This document shows, piece by piece, positions 39,365 through 52,600 of a stretch of 64,000 nt of DNA. The translations under genes were made by a program, and so were the position numbers. The stretch is from Hemiscyllium ocellatum (Eukaryota). The stretch spans positions 4,438,117 through 4,502,116 of the forward strand of contig NC_083410.1 in the NCBI RefSeq assembly GCF_020745735.1, in the 5' to 3' direction. The notes under the pieces are model-generated. The model was not told the DNA's origin and ran no database searches. It saw nothing but the letters and a program-made list of their open reading frames with translations. Numbering within the stretch: the stretch's first letter is position 1; each line of letters begins with the position of its first letter.

Positions 39365-40700
39365 ATAGAACATTACGGTTCAGTACAGGCCCTTCGGCCC
39401 TCGGAGTTGCACCGACCTGTGAAATCAATCTGAAGCCCATCTAACTTACACTATTCCATGAGCGTCCATCTATTTTTCCAATGACCATTTAAATGCCTTT
39501 CAAGTTGGTGAATCTGCAACTGTTGCAGGCAGGGCATTCCATGCCATTAGTACTCTCTGAGTAAAGGAGGAACCTCTGACATCTGTCCCACATATATCAC
39601 CCCTCAATTTAAAGTTATGTTCCCTCGTGCAAGCCATCACCATCCAAGGAAGTCTAGAAGAGAGTTATTCCCAGCAAGATCCCCAGCCTCTCAACTGCTC
39701 TTGTAGCCACTGTTTGATTTTTTTAATGATCTTTGTTCAGCACCGTTCTGAAGAATTTCATTTCTACCCTAACTAATCCTCTAATCATCTTGTATGTCTC
39801 TATTAAGTCACCTCTTAACCTTATTCTCTCTAACAAAAACAGCCAGAAATCCCTCAGCCTTTCCTCATAAGACCTTCCCTCCAGACCAGGCAACATCCTG
39901 ATAAATCTCCTCTACACCCTTTCCAATGTTTCCACATCCTTCCTGTAATGCAGTGACCAAAACTGTACGTAATACTCCAAGTGTGGCCACACCAGAGATT
40001 TGTACAGGTGCAACATGACCTCATGGCTCGAAACTCAATCCCTCAACCAATAAAAGCTAACACACCGTGCGCTTTCTGAACAACCCTATCTACATGGACA
40101 ACAACATTCAGGGATCTATACACATGGACAGCAAGATCTCTCTGCGCATCCACAAAATGTTGAAAAAGATTATTAGAGATAGGAATTACAATCATCTAGA
40201 AAGGAATAAATTGATCAGGGCTAGTCAACATGGTTTTACAAAGGGTAAGTAGTGCCTTACAAACCTTATTGAGTTCTTTGAGAAGGTGACCAAACAGGTG
40301 GTTGAGGGTAAAGCAGTTGATGTGGTGTATATGGATTTCAGTCAGGCATTTGATAAGTTTCCCCACCGTAGTTTATTGCACAAAATACAGAGGCATGGGA
40401 TTGTAGGTGATTTAGTGGTTTGGATCAGAAATTGGCGAGCTGAAAGAAGACAGAGAGTGATGGTTGCTAGGAAATGTTCATCCTGGAGTTCAGTTACTAG
40501 TCATGTACTGCAAGGATTTGTTCTGGGGTCACTGTTGTTTGTCATTTTTATAAATGACCTGGATGAGGGCGTAGATTACAGATTGCTGCCCCTCAAGAAT
40601 ATCAGTAAACCGGAAAAGTGATTTAGTGTGGAAAAGTGTGAGGTGATTCATTTTGGAAGGAGTAACTGGAATACAGAGTACTGGGTTAATGGTAAGATCG
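39365..40700. mobile_element. CR1 fragments in opposite orientations (minus ~39365-40150, plus ~40150-40700)
   Basis: CR1 3' region on the minus strand abuts the RT region (DVVYMDFSQAFDKFPH..SLLFVIFINDLDEG) on the plus strand. Confidence 0.8.
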
Positions 40701-41512
40701 CCTTAAATGTTCACTCCCTCCACAACCAACACTCAGTAGCAACAGTGTGTACTCTCCACAAGATGCAGTGCAGAAATTCAGAATAGATCCTCAGACAGCA
40801 CCTTTCAAACCCACAACCATTTCCATCTAGCAGGACATGGGCAGCAGAGACATGGGAACACTACCCTCTGCAAGCTCCCCTCTGAGCCACTCAATACTCT
40901 AACGTGGAGATACATCTTTCACTGTCACTGGGTCAAAATCATGGAATTCCCTCCCTACAGCATGAGGACTGCAGTGGTTCAAGAAGGCAGCTCACCCCAA
41001 CTTTCTCAAGAGGCAACAAGTGATGGGCAAAAAAGGCCCTTTGAATGACAATCACACCATAAGAGTCAGTAAATACAGCCATCCACTTCACTGATATCCT
41101 TGAGGGGCAGCAATCTGTAATCTTTAGTCTGGCCTGTATCTGAATCCAGAAATGTGACCAGCTCCAATCTGCCCTCTGAAATAGCTGAGCAACATTCTCA
41201 ATAGGATCAAAGTTGCAGATGTTCAGAGAGGCAGCTCACTGCTACGTTCTGAAGGGCAATGAGTGAGGAGCAGTAAATGCTGGCCCTGCCCAGTCACACC
41301 CATATCCATGGCATGATAGAAAAAGTATCAATCCATTTTCATATTTCAACAATTCAACTTTTCCATTTTGCTTCTGAAACTAACCTTCCCACTGCCCATT
41401 CCATGCCCCTACATGAAATTATACAATTCCACTTGTCTGCTGTACAGTGTGAAAGTAAAACAGTTCCCAGTTGGGTCTGTGCAGCTGCCTGTGTTCCCTC
41501 ACATTGACTTAC

Positions 41513-41860
41513 CAGTTACATTGAGGTGGCTCCCTGCTCCATAGATGTAGCTCCACACACTGCAGCTGTACACAGCAGTATCATTGAGAGTCACATTTAC
41601 AAGGCTCAGAGTGTAACTGTTCCTGCTGACATTCCTGGAAAGCAGAACACGATCGTGGAAACCCTGGGCCGTGGTGAGGGTGCCATTCACAAAGTGGCTG
41701 ATCACCCACTCCCTGTTGCTGTCAGGTCGCTGATAGTGCCAGTGGACATCAGTGTCAATCACACTGGCATTGTGCATGGCACACTGGAACTCGGCAGTTT
41801 CACCCTCTGCTACCTTGCTGACCACTGGATCCTGAATGAGGACTGGATCAGCCAATGGGT
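41513..41860 (-). CDS. Ig V-set exon 3 (VJ-type), 348 nt, phase 1/1
   Basis: Acceptor tgtttcccacacacag| and donor |gtaagt. Translates DPLADPVLIQDP..EFQC..DVHW..DTAVYSCSVWSYIYGAGSHLNVT. Confidence 0.92.
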
Positions 41861-42129
41861 CTGTGTGTGGGAAACAGATAGAAATCAACACGGAGAGAAA
41901 AAATATTCCATCTTTCAAATCTCAGTAACACATCAAAAAAATTTGACAATCACTTGGTATTTAATGCACTACTTTTTAATGTAAGGGGCTGGAAACAGTG
42001 CAACTCAACAGGGTGCAGTCTGTCAGCTGTGGTTTATTGGGAGCTCTCTGTCTCTGAGGCAGAAGGTGATGGGATTGCCTCCCCCTCCAGACATTGGGGC
42101 CAGCTAGAGCAGCACCAAGGCAGTGTGTT

Positions 42130-42400
42130 TGGAACAGGCAGCACTGACCTGAGGTGTTAAACCAAGTCTGTCCTTACAGGAGGATGTGAAATATCCCAGG
42201 ATATCATTCAAGAATCAACACAGGAGTTCACCCAGTCTTCAGGAAATATACATCTCTGAAGCAGAAGATGGGGCTATTCACTTCAATGCTGTTTGTTGGA
42301 TCTTTCTGTATGTTTTCCCCACTCATGACCATAATGTACCTCATTTGCTGTAGATTATGTTGGGACCCTCTGAGGTTGTGAAAGGTGGTACTGAAAAAAA
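42130..42400 (+). mobile_element. Deu-domain SINE remnant (SacSINE1/AmnSINE1-like)
   Basis: GATGTGAAATATCCCAGG..CAGGAGTTC..AATGCTGTTTGTTGGATCTT..CCCTCTGAGGTTGTGAAAGG resembles the Deu domain as I recall it; not aligned. Confidence 0.45.
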
Positions 42401-43269
42401 AATAGTTGTTTCTTATTTTAGTGTTTCATGCATCATAATGTCGCATCAAAATGTCATTGGAAGACTGGGATAAGGCACCTCCAAATTTGAGATGAACTTG
42501 CAGCTCTCCCACCGAGTCTCATTGTCGCAATGCAAGGCATGTGTGTGAAGAGCTGTGACTGTGTGGTGTCCCAGCCTCAGGGATAGTCCAATACAGGAGG
42601 AGACTCAGTTCGATGTTTGACAGTTCTGTTAACTCAGTGAGAGGGGACATGGACCAGGTTTGTAAAGATGTATAAAAGAAAATTGCAGATGATGCTGAAA
42701 ATCTGAGATAAAAACAGAAAGTGATGGTGAAAACCCAGTACATCTGGCAGCATGTGTGGAGAAAGATAAACAGAGTTAAGGTTTTGGGTTCTGAAGACTG
42801 TGCCTTGGACTGCAAATGTTAACTTTGCTTCTCTCTCTACAGATAGTGTCAGACCTGCTGAGTTTCTTGAGCAATTTTGGTTTTTGTTATAAATATTTAT
42901 CATTGCCTTGGGTGTCATAGGTACAATTTTTAAGTTTAGATGTCATAAAAGATAGACTAGTGACAGACCATCCTGGACAAAGCAGTCTGCTTGACTGATT
43001 TGATTTGATTTGACTTGGTTTGTTTTATTGTACTCACATGTAACCAAGTACAGTATATGTTTTGTTTTGCAAGCAGTGCAGGCAGATATAGAAAACAAGG
43101 ACATATATATCATAGGATGCTTCGACAGAGCAAAGCATACATGGTTACAACTACACAGCAGCTGCACAAAGCAACATCAACATTGTTTGAAATTAGAGAG
43201 ACTCATTCAGCCATCGAATAACAGCAGGGAAGAAGCTGTTCTTGAACCTGTTGGTGCGTGTGTTCAAGC

Positions 43270-43915
43270 TTTATCTCTGAAAGTTGCCACCCAGGTAAAT
43301 AGTGCTGTGAGGAAGGCATATGGTGTACTGGGCTTTATTGGCAGAGGAATTGAGTTCCAGAGTCCTGAGGTCATGTTGCAGTTGTATAAGACTCTGGTGA
43401 AGCCTCATCTGGAGTATTGTGTGCAGTTTTGGTCGCCATACTATAGGAAGGATGTGGAAGCTTTAGAACGAGTGCAGAGGAGGTTTACCAGGATGTTGCC
43501 TGGAATGGTAGGAAAATCTTATGAGGAAAGGCTGAGGCACTTGGGGCTGTTCTCATTGGAGAAGAGAAGGTTTAGGGGAGATCTGATAGAAGTGTATAAG
43601 ATGATTAGGGGTTTAGATAGGGTAGATACTAAGAACCTTTTACCGCTAATGGAGTCAGGTGTTACTAGGGGACATAGCTTTAAATTAAGGGGTGGTAGGT
43701 ATAGGACAGATGTTAGGGGTAGATTCTTCACACAGCGGGTTGTGAGTTCATGGAATGCCCTGCCCGTATCAGTGGTGAACTCTCCTTCTTTATGGTCATT
43801 TAAGCGGGCATTGGATAGGCATTTGGAAGTTATTGGGCTAGTATAGGTTAGGTAGGATTCGGTCAGCGCAACATCGAGGGCCGAAGGGCCTGTACTGCGC
43901 TGTATCCTTCTATGT
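43270..43915 (+). mobile_element. Young CR1 3' fragment nested in a Rex/Babar-like element (~42960-43270 plus, ~43915-44660 minus)
   Basis: Uninterrupted reading frame LKVATQVNSAVRKAYG..YCVQFWSPYYRKD..RALDRHL to the stop, then a CTATGTT tail. Flanks translate to Rex/Babar-like 3' peptides. Confidence 0.85.
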
Positions 43916-46106
43916 TCTATGTTCTGTATGTCCTGCCTGATGGAAGAGGTTGGAACAGAGCAGTACCAGGGTGGGAAGGATCTTTGATGATGTTGGCAGC
44001 CTTTCCGTGGCAACGAGAAGTGGAAATGGAGTCCATGGATGGGAGGTTGGCTTCCGTGATGGTCTGGGCTATGCACACAACCTTCTGTAGTTTCTTACAG
44101 TCTACGGCAAAGCAGTTGCCGTACTAGGCCGTGATGCACACAGGCAGAATGCTTTCTACGGTGCACCTGCAAACGTTGGCGAGGATCCTTATGGACATGC
44201 CGAATTTCCTAAACTGCTTGCGGAAGAAGAGGCATTGTGCCTTCTTGATACCACATCTACATTCGAGGTCCAGGACAAATTATCAGTTATCATCACTCCC
44301 CAGGAACTTGAATCTGTCTGCCCTCTTCACCTTGCCTCCATTGTTGTAAATAGGGATATGTTCTCCTCCTTTCTTCCTGAAGTCAATGATCAGTTCTTTC
44401 ATTTTGCCGATATTGAGAGAGGTTGTTATCATTGTACCATGACACCAAACCTTTTATCTCCTTTCTGTATTCTGACTTATTGTTGTTTGAAACCTGTCCT
44501 ACCACAGCGGTGTCATCACAAACTTGTAGATAGCATTTATTTGGAATTTGGCAACACAGTCATGGGTGTACAGGGAGTACAGTAGGGGGCTAAGAATACA
44601 CGTTGTAGGGTTCCAATGTTGAGAATTATCGTGGAGGAGGTGCAGTTATCTATCTTCACTTCTTGCCCTCCCGATTGCAGTCTATGGACCAGGTGATTGG
44701 CACCACATCCACAAACATCGAGTCCTTCCACCAGGAGAAAGTGAGGATTGCAGATGCTGGAGCTCAGAGTCGAGAGTGTGGTGCTAGAAAAGCACAGCAG
44801 GTCATCCAGCATCTGAGGAACAGGAGAATCAATGTTTTGGGCATAAGCTCTTCACCAGGAACTTTCCACCACCAATGCTCAGTAGTAGCAGTGTGTACTA
44901 TCTACAAGATGCACTGCAGATATTCACCAAAGATCCTCAGTCAGCACTTCCCAAACCCACAACCACTTCCATCTAGAAAGATCAGGGCAACAGATATATG
45001 TGAACACCACCCCCTGAAAGTTCTTCTGCAAGCCACTCACCATCCTGACTTGGAAATATATTGCCATTCCTTCACTGTCACTGGGTCAAAATCCTGGAAT
45101 TCCCTCCCAAAGTGCATTATGGGTACACCCACTGCATATGGACTGCAGCGGTTCAAGAAGACAGCTCACCCCCCCTTCTCAAGGGTAACTAGGGACAGGC
45201 AAAACATGATCACTCCCAGAAGTAATCTTTTTTCATGTATTTCTATTGAGTTTGAGAAGATGGTTGATTCTGTTCCAAGGTGAAATTACAGAGGAAACTC
45301 GATTATCCAAGCGGGAGATATTTCATTCAGATAATTGACTATTCGATAATTAATTTGACCTTAAACAAGGGAAGCCATACAGATCAAACGCTGTGCTCTG
45401 CTGGAGAGTTTGTTTAAATCCATAAATTTGATGAGTCTGCTATTTAAACAAACTAACTTTTGCATTGTGCAAATTGCAGGTTAAACTGAGAAGGACTAAA
45501 CCCTTACCATCACATAAATATATGAAATCCCAGCATTAAACAAGGCCCTGAACAGCTTCTACGATCACAAGAGCATTTGTCAGTTTCTGCTGAACTCAGT
45601 GTTGCGATAGAAATTCAGAAACACTGCTTCATGCATGTTTTTAGGTTTTCTGCCATTTTTTTCATGAACGACCCCGTAAAGTGATGGGAATAAAGCACTT
45701 ACTTTGGCAAAGGGCTGTGTAACTAATCCTTACGCTGGTGCTTGAGGTGCTTGTGTTTCTTTGTTTTTGCCAGTGTTTTCACATGTTCTTCAGTACAGGC
45801 AATCAGAGTACACGTACCTCTTTGACTTAATGTTTTTATGGGATCTCGAGAACGTGTTCAGGTAATCCAAAAAGTCGGATAATTGATATTCACATAATCG
45901 AGGTTTCTCAGTATTAGAGAAGATGAATTCCGCAATGATGTGTTCCCAGGGAGGAGTCACAGCTCCATGGAATATGGGTCAGAGATATGGGTCAGACAAC
46001 ATCACAACCCCAAGTCTCCAGTCCTGTCTCCTCTCTACTGGGAGTACTGTTACTGAGTTCACAGTTTTGATGCTATCTTTTATAAAACAAATTTTCATAT
46101 ACTTAC

Positions 46107-46451
46107 CTGTTACAGTCAGCTGGGATCCATTCCCACTGATATCTCCCCACACTTTACAGTAATAGACTCCAGTGTCATTGGGCTGCACGTTTGTGATGGT
46201 CAGAATGAAGGTTTCATTGGAGGAGTCTCTGGAAGATAGAAATCGCTCAGGGAATCCTGAGCTCCATCGTATGATGTTCCTCGTGTCATGTGTTAAACCC
46301 CACTGCATAGTATTCCCTGGTTGTTCCCAATACCAGTGAACATCAGTGTGTGTCACTCTGGCATTCCTCATGGTGCATTGTAACCGAGCAGTGTGACCCT
46401 TGGTGACACGTTCCAGGCTCGGAGACTGGAGAAGGACTGGGACATTTGCAC
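46107..46451 (-). CDS. Ig V-set exon 2 (VJ-type), 345 nt, phase 1/1
   Basis: Acceptor ttttctcttcaag| and donor |gtaagt. Translates ANVPVLLQSP..RLQC..DVHW..DTGVYYCKVWGDISGNGSQLTVT. Confidence 0.92.
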
Positions 46452-46859
46452 CTTGAAGAGAAAACATGTGAATAAATTAAAATTAGTCTGAAGCCTGGTA
46501 AATATCTCAAATATTTCATAAAAACATATCAGTTCATGTTACTTTGGGTAATTTCTCAACCTATTATCAAGCAGCTTAATCTGGAAGACTCAAGGATTAT
46601 TTTAATTTGAAGATTAAGATGCAATGTTCAGCTGCCTCTGCCACTTCCTCCTCAGTCACAAACTTGTTGCTTCTCCCTCCCTGATCGCCAGTCACTGCAG
46701 AATCCTCCCAGTCTTCTCCCCATGCTGCCTTCCTATTTCCTAATGACTCAGTCCCTGTTTATTTCTTCTCCACACTTTCCCTGAGCTTCCTTCATCCTTT
46801 ATTTTACAGCTCACACAGCTAGAGGTTTCTTGAAACTCACTGTCATCAAGACCTTCCTC

Positions 46860-48150
46860 AAACAAGTCAATCAAGTGACTGAGGTGTCAGTGGAGGAGCA
46901 CTTTGGGGCGAGTGATCATAATTCTATTCGTTCGAAATGAGTTATGGAAAAGGATAGACTTGACATAATAGTTAAAATTCTAAACTGGAGTAAGGCCAAT
47001 TTTGACAGCAAGGTATTTGACAAGGTCCTGCATGATAGACTGATTAGTAAGGTTACATCACATGGGTTCCAGGGGAGCCAACTGGATACAAAATTGACTT
47101 GAAGGTGGAGACCGAGGGTGGTGGGGGAGGGTTGTTTTTAGGGCTTAAGGCTTGTAACGTGAAGTATCAAGTGCTGGGTCCACTGATTTTAGTCATTTAT
47201 ATAAATGATTTAAAGGTGAATTTGGGAGAGATGGTTTGTAAGCTTGCAGATGACACCAGAATTGGTGGTGTAGTGGGCAGTGAAGATGGTTATCTCAGAT
47301 TCCAACAGGATCTTAATCAATGGGCCAAGGGGCTGAGGAGTGGCAGATGGAGTTTAATTTTGATAAATACGAGGTGTCACATTTTGGTAAGGCAGATCAG
47401 GGCAGGATCTATATACTTAATGGCAGGACCCAGGGAGTGTTGACAAATGAAGGCAGCAAGAGGTACAGGGATACAGTTCCTTGAAAGTGGAGTTACAGGC
47501 AGATAGGTTGGTGAAGAAGGCATTTGGTATGCTTGCCTCCACTGGTCAGTGCATTGAATGTAGAAGTTGAGAGGTCATGTCGCATTTGTACAGAATATTA
47601 ATGAGATCACTTTTAGAATACTGTGTTTAATTATGGTCTCCTTGTTATAGGAAGGGTAGTGTTAAACTTAAGAGGGTTCAGAAAAGATTTACAAGGATGT
47701 TGTTGGGATTGGAGTGTTCCAGCTATAAGTTTGATGATGAATAGGTTCTGCTTTTCTCCCTAGAGTATTTAAAGCTGAAGAGTGACCTCATAGAGGTTTA
47801 TAAAATCCTGAGGGCCCATGGATAGGGTGAGTGAACAAGGTCTTTTTTCTCAGGATAGAGGAGTCCAAAACTAGAGGGCATAGGTTTATGGTAAGAGGGA
47901 AAAGATTTAAAAGGGACCTCCAGGGCAACTTTCCATGCAGGGTTTGGTGCATGTGTAGATGCCAGAGGAATGGATAGAGGCTGTTACAATTCCAACATTT
48001 AAAAGACATCTAGATATGTATATGAAAAGGAAGGGTTTAGAATGATACGGGCCAAACACTGGCAAATGGGTCTAAATCAGTTTGAGATGTCTTGTCAGTG
48101 CAATGAATTGGACCAAAGAATCTGGTTCTGTACTGTATGACTCTATGAAT
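46860..48150 (+). mobile_element. Degenerate CR1 LINE
   Basis: LGPLILVIYINDL..KLADDTRIGG peptide and CR1 3' tail. Confidence 0.85.
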
Positions 48151-48539
48151 CTAAGCCACCCTTATTCTTTGGACTCCCTGCCGCTGATGTTAATCTCCAC
48201 TCCCAAAGCTCTCAAAACAATCTGTTCAAATCCATCCAGTCCAGCTCCCAGTTCACAGCATTGAAATTGGATCCTGCTCATCTATTGCTGAAATCAGACT
48301 CTCACTGGCTGAAATTCTGCGGGAAAAGATTTCTGAAGTGTTATCAGGGTTTGTGGAGAGTCTGTAGTGATTTCATTACACCCCTGAGAAATATGAAAAT
48401 GTGAGCTAAACCCTGGGGGGGGCAGTCTCCCCTCCTGTCACTCAGCTGCCTGTTTCAAATGGGCTCTTGCAGCTTCCAAACTGCTCACTGGGGAAAGCTG
48501 CTTAAAGCTGGGACTGAAGGAGTGCTTGAGAGTTATCTG

Positions 48540-48546
48540 TGTTGTT

Positions 48547-48579
<33 letters not shown>

Positions 48580-48580
48580 C
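48540..48580. repeat. (GTT)n microsatellite
   Basis: Directly visible. Confidence 0.9.
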
Positions 48581-48979
48581 TCTCTGGGTCACTGTCTGCC
48601 TGATAGCTTGTTCGTGATGTCTTTGTTTAGCACGGAGCTCTAACTGCTCTGTGGAAGTTGTTAAGTTGGGGAGCTCCGTCTCTAACCTCTGTGGCCAGCT
48701 TGGAGCTTCCCTCTACCTGGACCTGACCACTGACTCCGATAGGTAAACATGAGGAAGGGAAGTTTAGGAAGAGACAAAATGTGGGATAAAACTGACAGAT
48801 GGGGAGATAAGAGACGGGAAATGGGGGTGGCAGACATGGAAGTAGAATCAAGGCCACCACCAGATTAGTGATGAATTTATCAGATAGTGCAGCAGTCTGA
48901 GGGGCCGAATAGCCCGTTCCTGTGCCCTAAGGTCCTCTATGGCTCAGCTGATTGGCAGCTCCCTGCAACTGGTGCTGGA

Positions 48980-49605
48980 ATGTCTGGTTTTCCCTCTCAC
49001 AGCGCCAGAGACGTGGGTTCAATTCCCACCTTAGGCAACTGACTGTGTGGAGTTTGCACATTTTTTTTTTGATTAGATTAGATTACTTACAGTGTGGAAA
49101 CAGGCCCTTCGGCCCAACAAGTCCACACCGACCCGCCGAAGCGCAACCCACCCATACCCCTACATATACCCCTTATCTAACACTACGGGCAATTTAGCAT
49201 GGCCAATTCACCTGACCCGCACATCTTTGGACTGTTGGAGGAAACCGGAGCACCCGGAGGAAACCCACGCAGACACGGGGAGAACGTGCAAACTCCACAC
49301 AGTCAGTCGCCTGAGGCGGGAATTGAACCCAGGTCCCTGGCGCTGTGAGGCAGCAGTGCTAACCACTGTGCCACCGTGCCGCCCCAATTCTCCCCGTGTC
49401 TGCGTGGGTTTCCTCCGGGTGCTCTGGTTTCCTCCCACAATCCAAAAATGTGCAGGTTAGGTGAATTGGCCATGCTAAATTGCCCGTAGTGTTAGGTGAA
49501 GGGGTAAATGTAGGGAATGGGTCTGGGTGGATTGCTCTTCATAGGGTCGGTGTGGACTTGTTGGGCCAAAGGGCCTATTTCCTCACTGTACATAATCTAA
49601 TCTAT
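48980..49605. mobile_element. SINE in SINE: young minus-strand HE1 (49062-49384) inside an older plus-strand HE1
   Basis: The host V-domain breaks at GAGTTTGCACA| and resumes at TTCTCCCCGTGTCTGCG after a complete reverse-oriented copy. Confidence 0.9.
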
Positions 49606-52600
49606 CCAGCCTTTCCTTATAACTAAACCCTCCATTCCAGCAACATCCTATTAAATTACTTCTGAACCTTCACCTATATCCTTTCTGTAACACGGAGACC
49701 AGAATTGGACATAGTATTCCAGAAGAGGCCTCACCAATACCCTGTAAAACCTCAACATGACGTCCTAACTTCTATACTCAAAGGTCTGTCAATGAAGGCA
49801 AGCACACAAAACCCCTTTACGATCACCTTAGCCATATGTGATGCAAACTTCAAAGAATTATGGACCTAGGTCTCTCTGTTCTACAACACCGCCCAAGGCC
49901 CTGTGTTTAATTGTATAAATCTTGCCGTTGTGTGTTTTACCAAAATACAATGCCTTGCATTTACCCAAATTAAACTCCATTTGCCCGTTCAACTTCAAAC
50001 TTCAGCCCATGACCCAATTGATCAAAATCTGTTTATAATCATAGATAACCTTCTTCACTGACGGATACTCCACCAATCTTGGGTGTCATCTGCAAACTTA
50101 CTAACAAGTTTTCTATAGTCTCATCTATATCATTTACACAAATGACAAATATAAGTGGACCCAGCACTGATCCCTGAGAAACACCACTGGTCACAGGCCT
50201 CCAGTCTGAACAGCAACCCTCCACTATCACTCACTGTCAAGCCAATTTTGATTAGATTAGATTCAGTGTAGAAACAGGCCGTTCAGCCCAACAAGTCCAC
50301 ACCGAACCTCCGAAGAGTAACACACCCAGACGCATTTCCCTGTGACTAATGCACCTAACACTATGGCAATTTAGCATGGCCAATTCATCTGACCTGCACA
50401 TCTTTGGACTGTGGGAGGAGCCTGGAGCACCCAGAGGAAACCCACGCAGACATGGGGAGAATGTGCAAACTCCACACAGACAGTCGCTCAAGGCTGGAAT
50501 TGAACCTGGGACCCTGGTGCTGTGAGGCAACAGTGCTAACCACTGAGCCACCATTTGTATTTGTATCCAATTGGCAAGCTCACCCTGAATCCCATGTGAT
50601 CTAACTTTACTAATTAGTCTACAGTGCGGAACGTCGCCAAAGCCCTGGATCTACTCAATCCTTTTCCCATGTGAAATTTATACGAGTCGTGCTCAGCACT
50701 TGGGGATGAGGGATGGAGTTTTCCTTATCAGGCTCTCTGGGTGTGGGCAGGGGCAGGAATGTGGGGAGGGAATGAAAAGGGTATGAGGCAGGGCTTGGTG
50801 CAGTGGAGGAATCAGAGTGATGGGGCCAGAGGGCTATGAGGGGGTACAGTTGAGAGGGTGGGGGTGGGGGGGGGGAAGTGGTGTTGGCGCAGGGCACTAT
50901 GAAATGCAAAGTAAGAGCATAAATAGACCATTCAGCTCATCTAGCCTGCTCTGCCATTCAAGAAGATCATGGCTGATCTCTTTGTTGAGAAGGCCATCTA
51001 CCCCAATAGCATTAGATCTACCGCTGCTTTAAAACTATCCCATCTCCACTACATTCTGTTGCATTGTGTTCAGAATTTGCACAACCCACTGACAGAAAAT
51101 GAACCAATCCCCTCATCTACATCCTAAGAAGTCAATCACTAAACTTAAACAGTGCCCCCTGGCTCTGGGCTCACTCACAAGAGAAAGCACCCTTTTCACA
51201 TCCACTTTGTCAAGACCATAAAGCATCTGATACACTTCGATTAAGTCAACCCACACTCTTCCAAACTCCAGGGGAAACAAGCTCTGTCTGTCCATCCTTT
51301 CCTCATCAAAGAACTCACTCACTCCAGATGTTATTCCAATAAATGTCCTCTGAACCATCTCCAATACATTTCCATCCTTCCTTCAAAAACGAAACCAAAA
51401 CTGTACAGTATCTAAGATGTCGTCTCACCAATGCCCTGAATAACTGCAGCACAATACCTTTACGTTTATATTCAATTCCTCTCAATAATAAAGGTTAGCA
51501 TGCCACTAGCATTCATGTATACATGCTACACCTGCATCCAGTCATTTTGTGACTCACATCTGAAAATTTAGATCTCTCTGTACCTTGGAATTCTGCAGTT
51601 TTTTTTAAATTAATGCTCTGCCTCTTTATTCTTCCAGTAAAAAGAGCAACTTTACATTTGTCTGCATTATACCCCATCTAGCACATTGAATGAATGGACA
51701 AGACTCAAGACATTTTCAACTTCCTTATGATATCTTTGCAACATACTTTCCAATCTAACTTGAATTGGCTGTGAATTTAGCTGACATGCCCTCGGTCCTC
51801 ATACCAAGTCATTGATGTAAATTGTAAAGCGTTAAGGTCCCAGCACAGACTGCTGTGAGATTCCCACTCATCACCTCCTGTAAATCAGAAAGAAACTCAT
51901 TTCTGCATTCACTCTGTTTACTGTCAGCCAGCCAATCTTCGTTCCAAGCTGATACGATACCCCTGACACTATGAGCTTTCATCTGCTGCAGTAACCTTTG
52001 ATGCAATACTTAGTAAAATGTTTTCTGGAAATCCAAGTGCAGCATACCCGTTGTGGCTTCTCTTTATCCACAGTACAAGATATTCCTCCAAAGAAGTCTA
52101 ATAAATGAGTTTAACATGATTTCCCTATCACAAAACCTTGTTGACTCTTCCCAATTATTCTGAATTTTTCCAAGTATGTAGCAAAAACATCTAATGATTG
52201 ATTCCAGCTCTGTTTCCATGACAGACACCAAGCTAGCCAGCCACAGGGTCATTTTCTTTGCATCTCTTGACTCATAGTCATAGAGTCTTAGAGTCCAACA
52301 GCACAGAGACTTTTGGCCTGACCAAAATGTCAATCCACACTAAGCCCATTTTACTGCACTTGGCCCACATCCTTCTAATCCTTTCCTATCCGTGTATTTG
52401 TAAAAATGCCTTTTAAATATTGTTCATATACCTGCCTCAACCACTTCCACTGGTAGTTCAATCCACATGCATAGGACTCTCTGTGTAAAAAGGTTGCCCT
52501 TCAGCTTCCCTTTTACTCCTTCCCCTATAATCTTAAACTGATGCCCTCTAGTCCTCTACTCCCCAACCCTGGAAAACAGACTGAGTGCATTTACCCTCTC

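Noticed and set aside
41499-41918. Track ORF start MKDGIFFLSVLISICFPHT read as an in-exon signal peptide for V3
   Set aside because: The hydrophobic stretch is the translated polypyrimidine tract of the acceptor at 41860, so it is more simply explained as intron. It cannot be fully excluded without cDNA.
44663-45283. 206-aa ORF, and similar sequence at ~26140-26460 and ~40700-41040
   Set aside because: It is a chance fusion of a PLE terminus with a dispersed LINE 3' fragment that recurs in the window, not a host gene.
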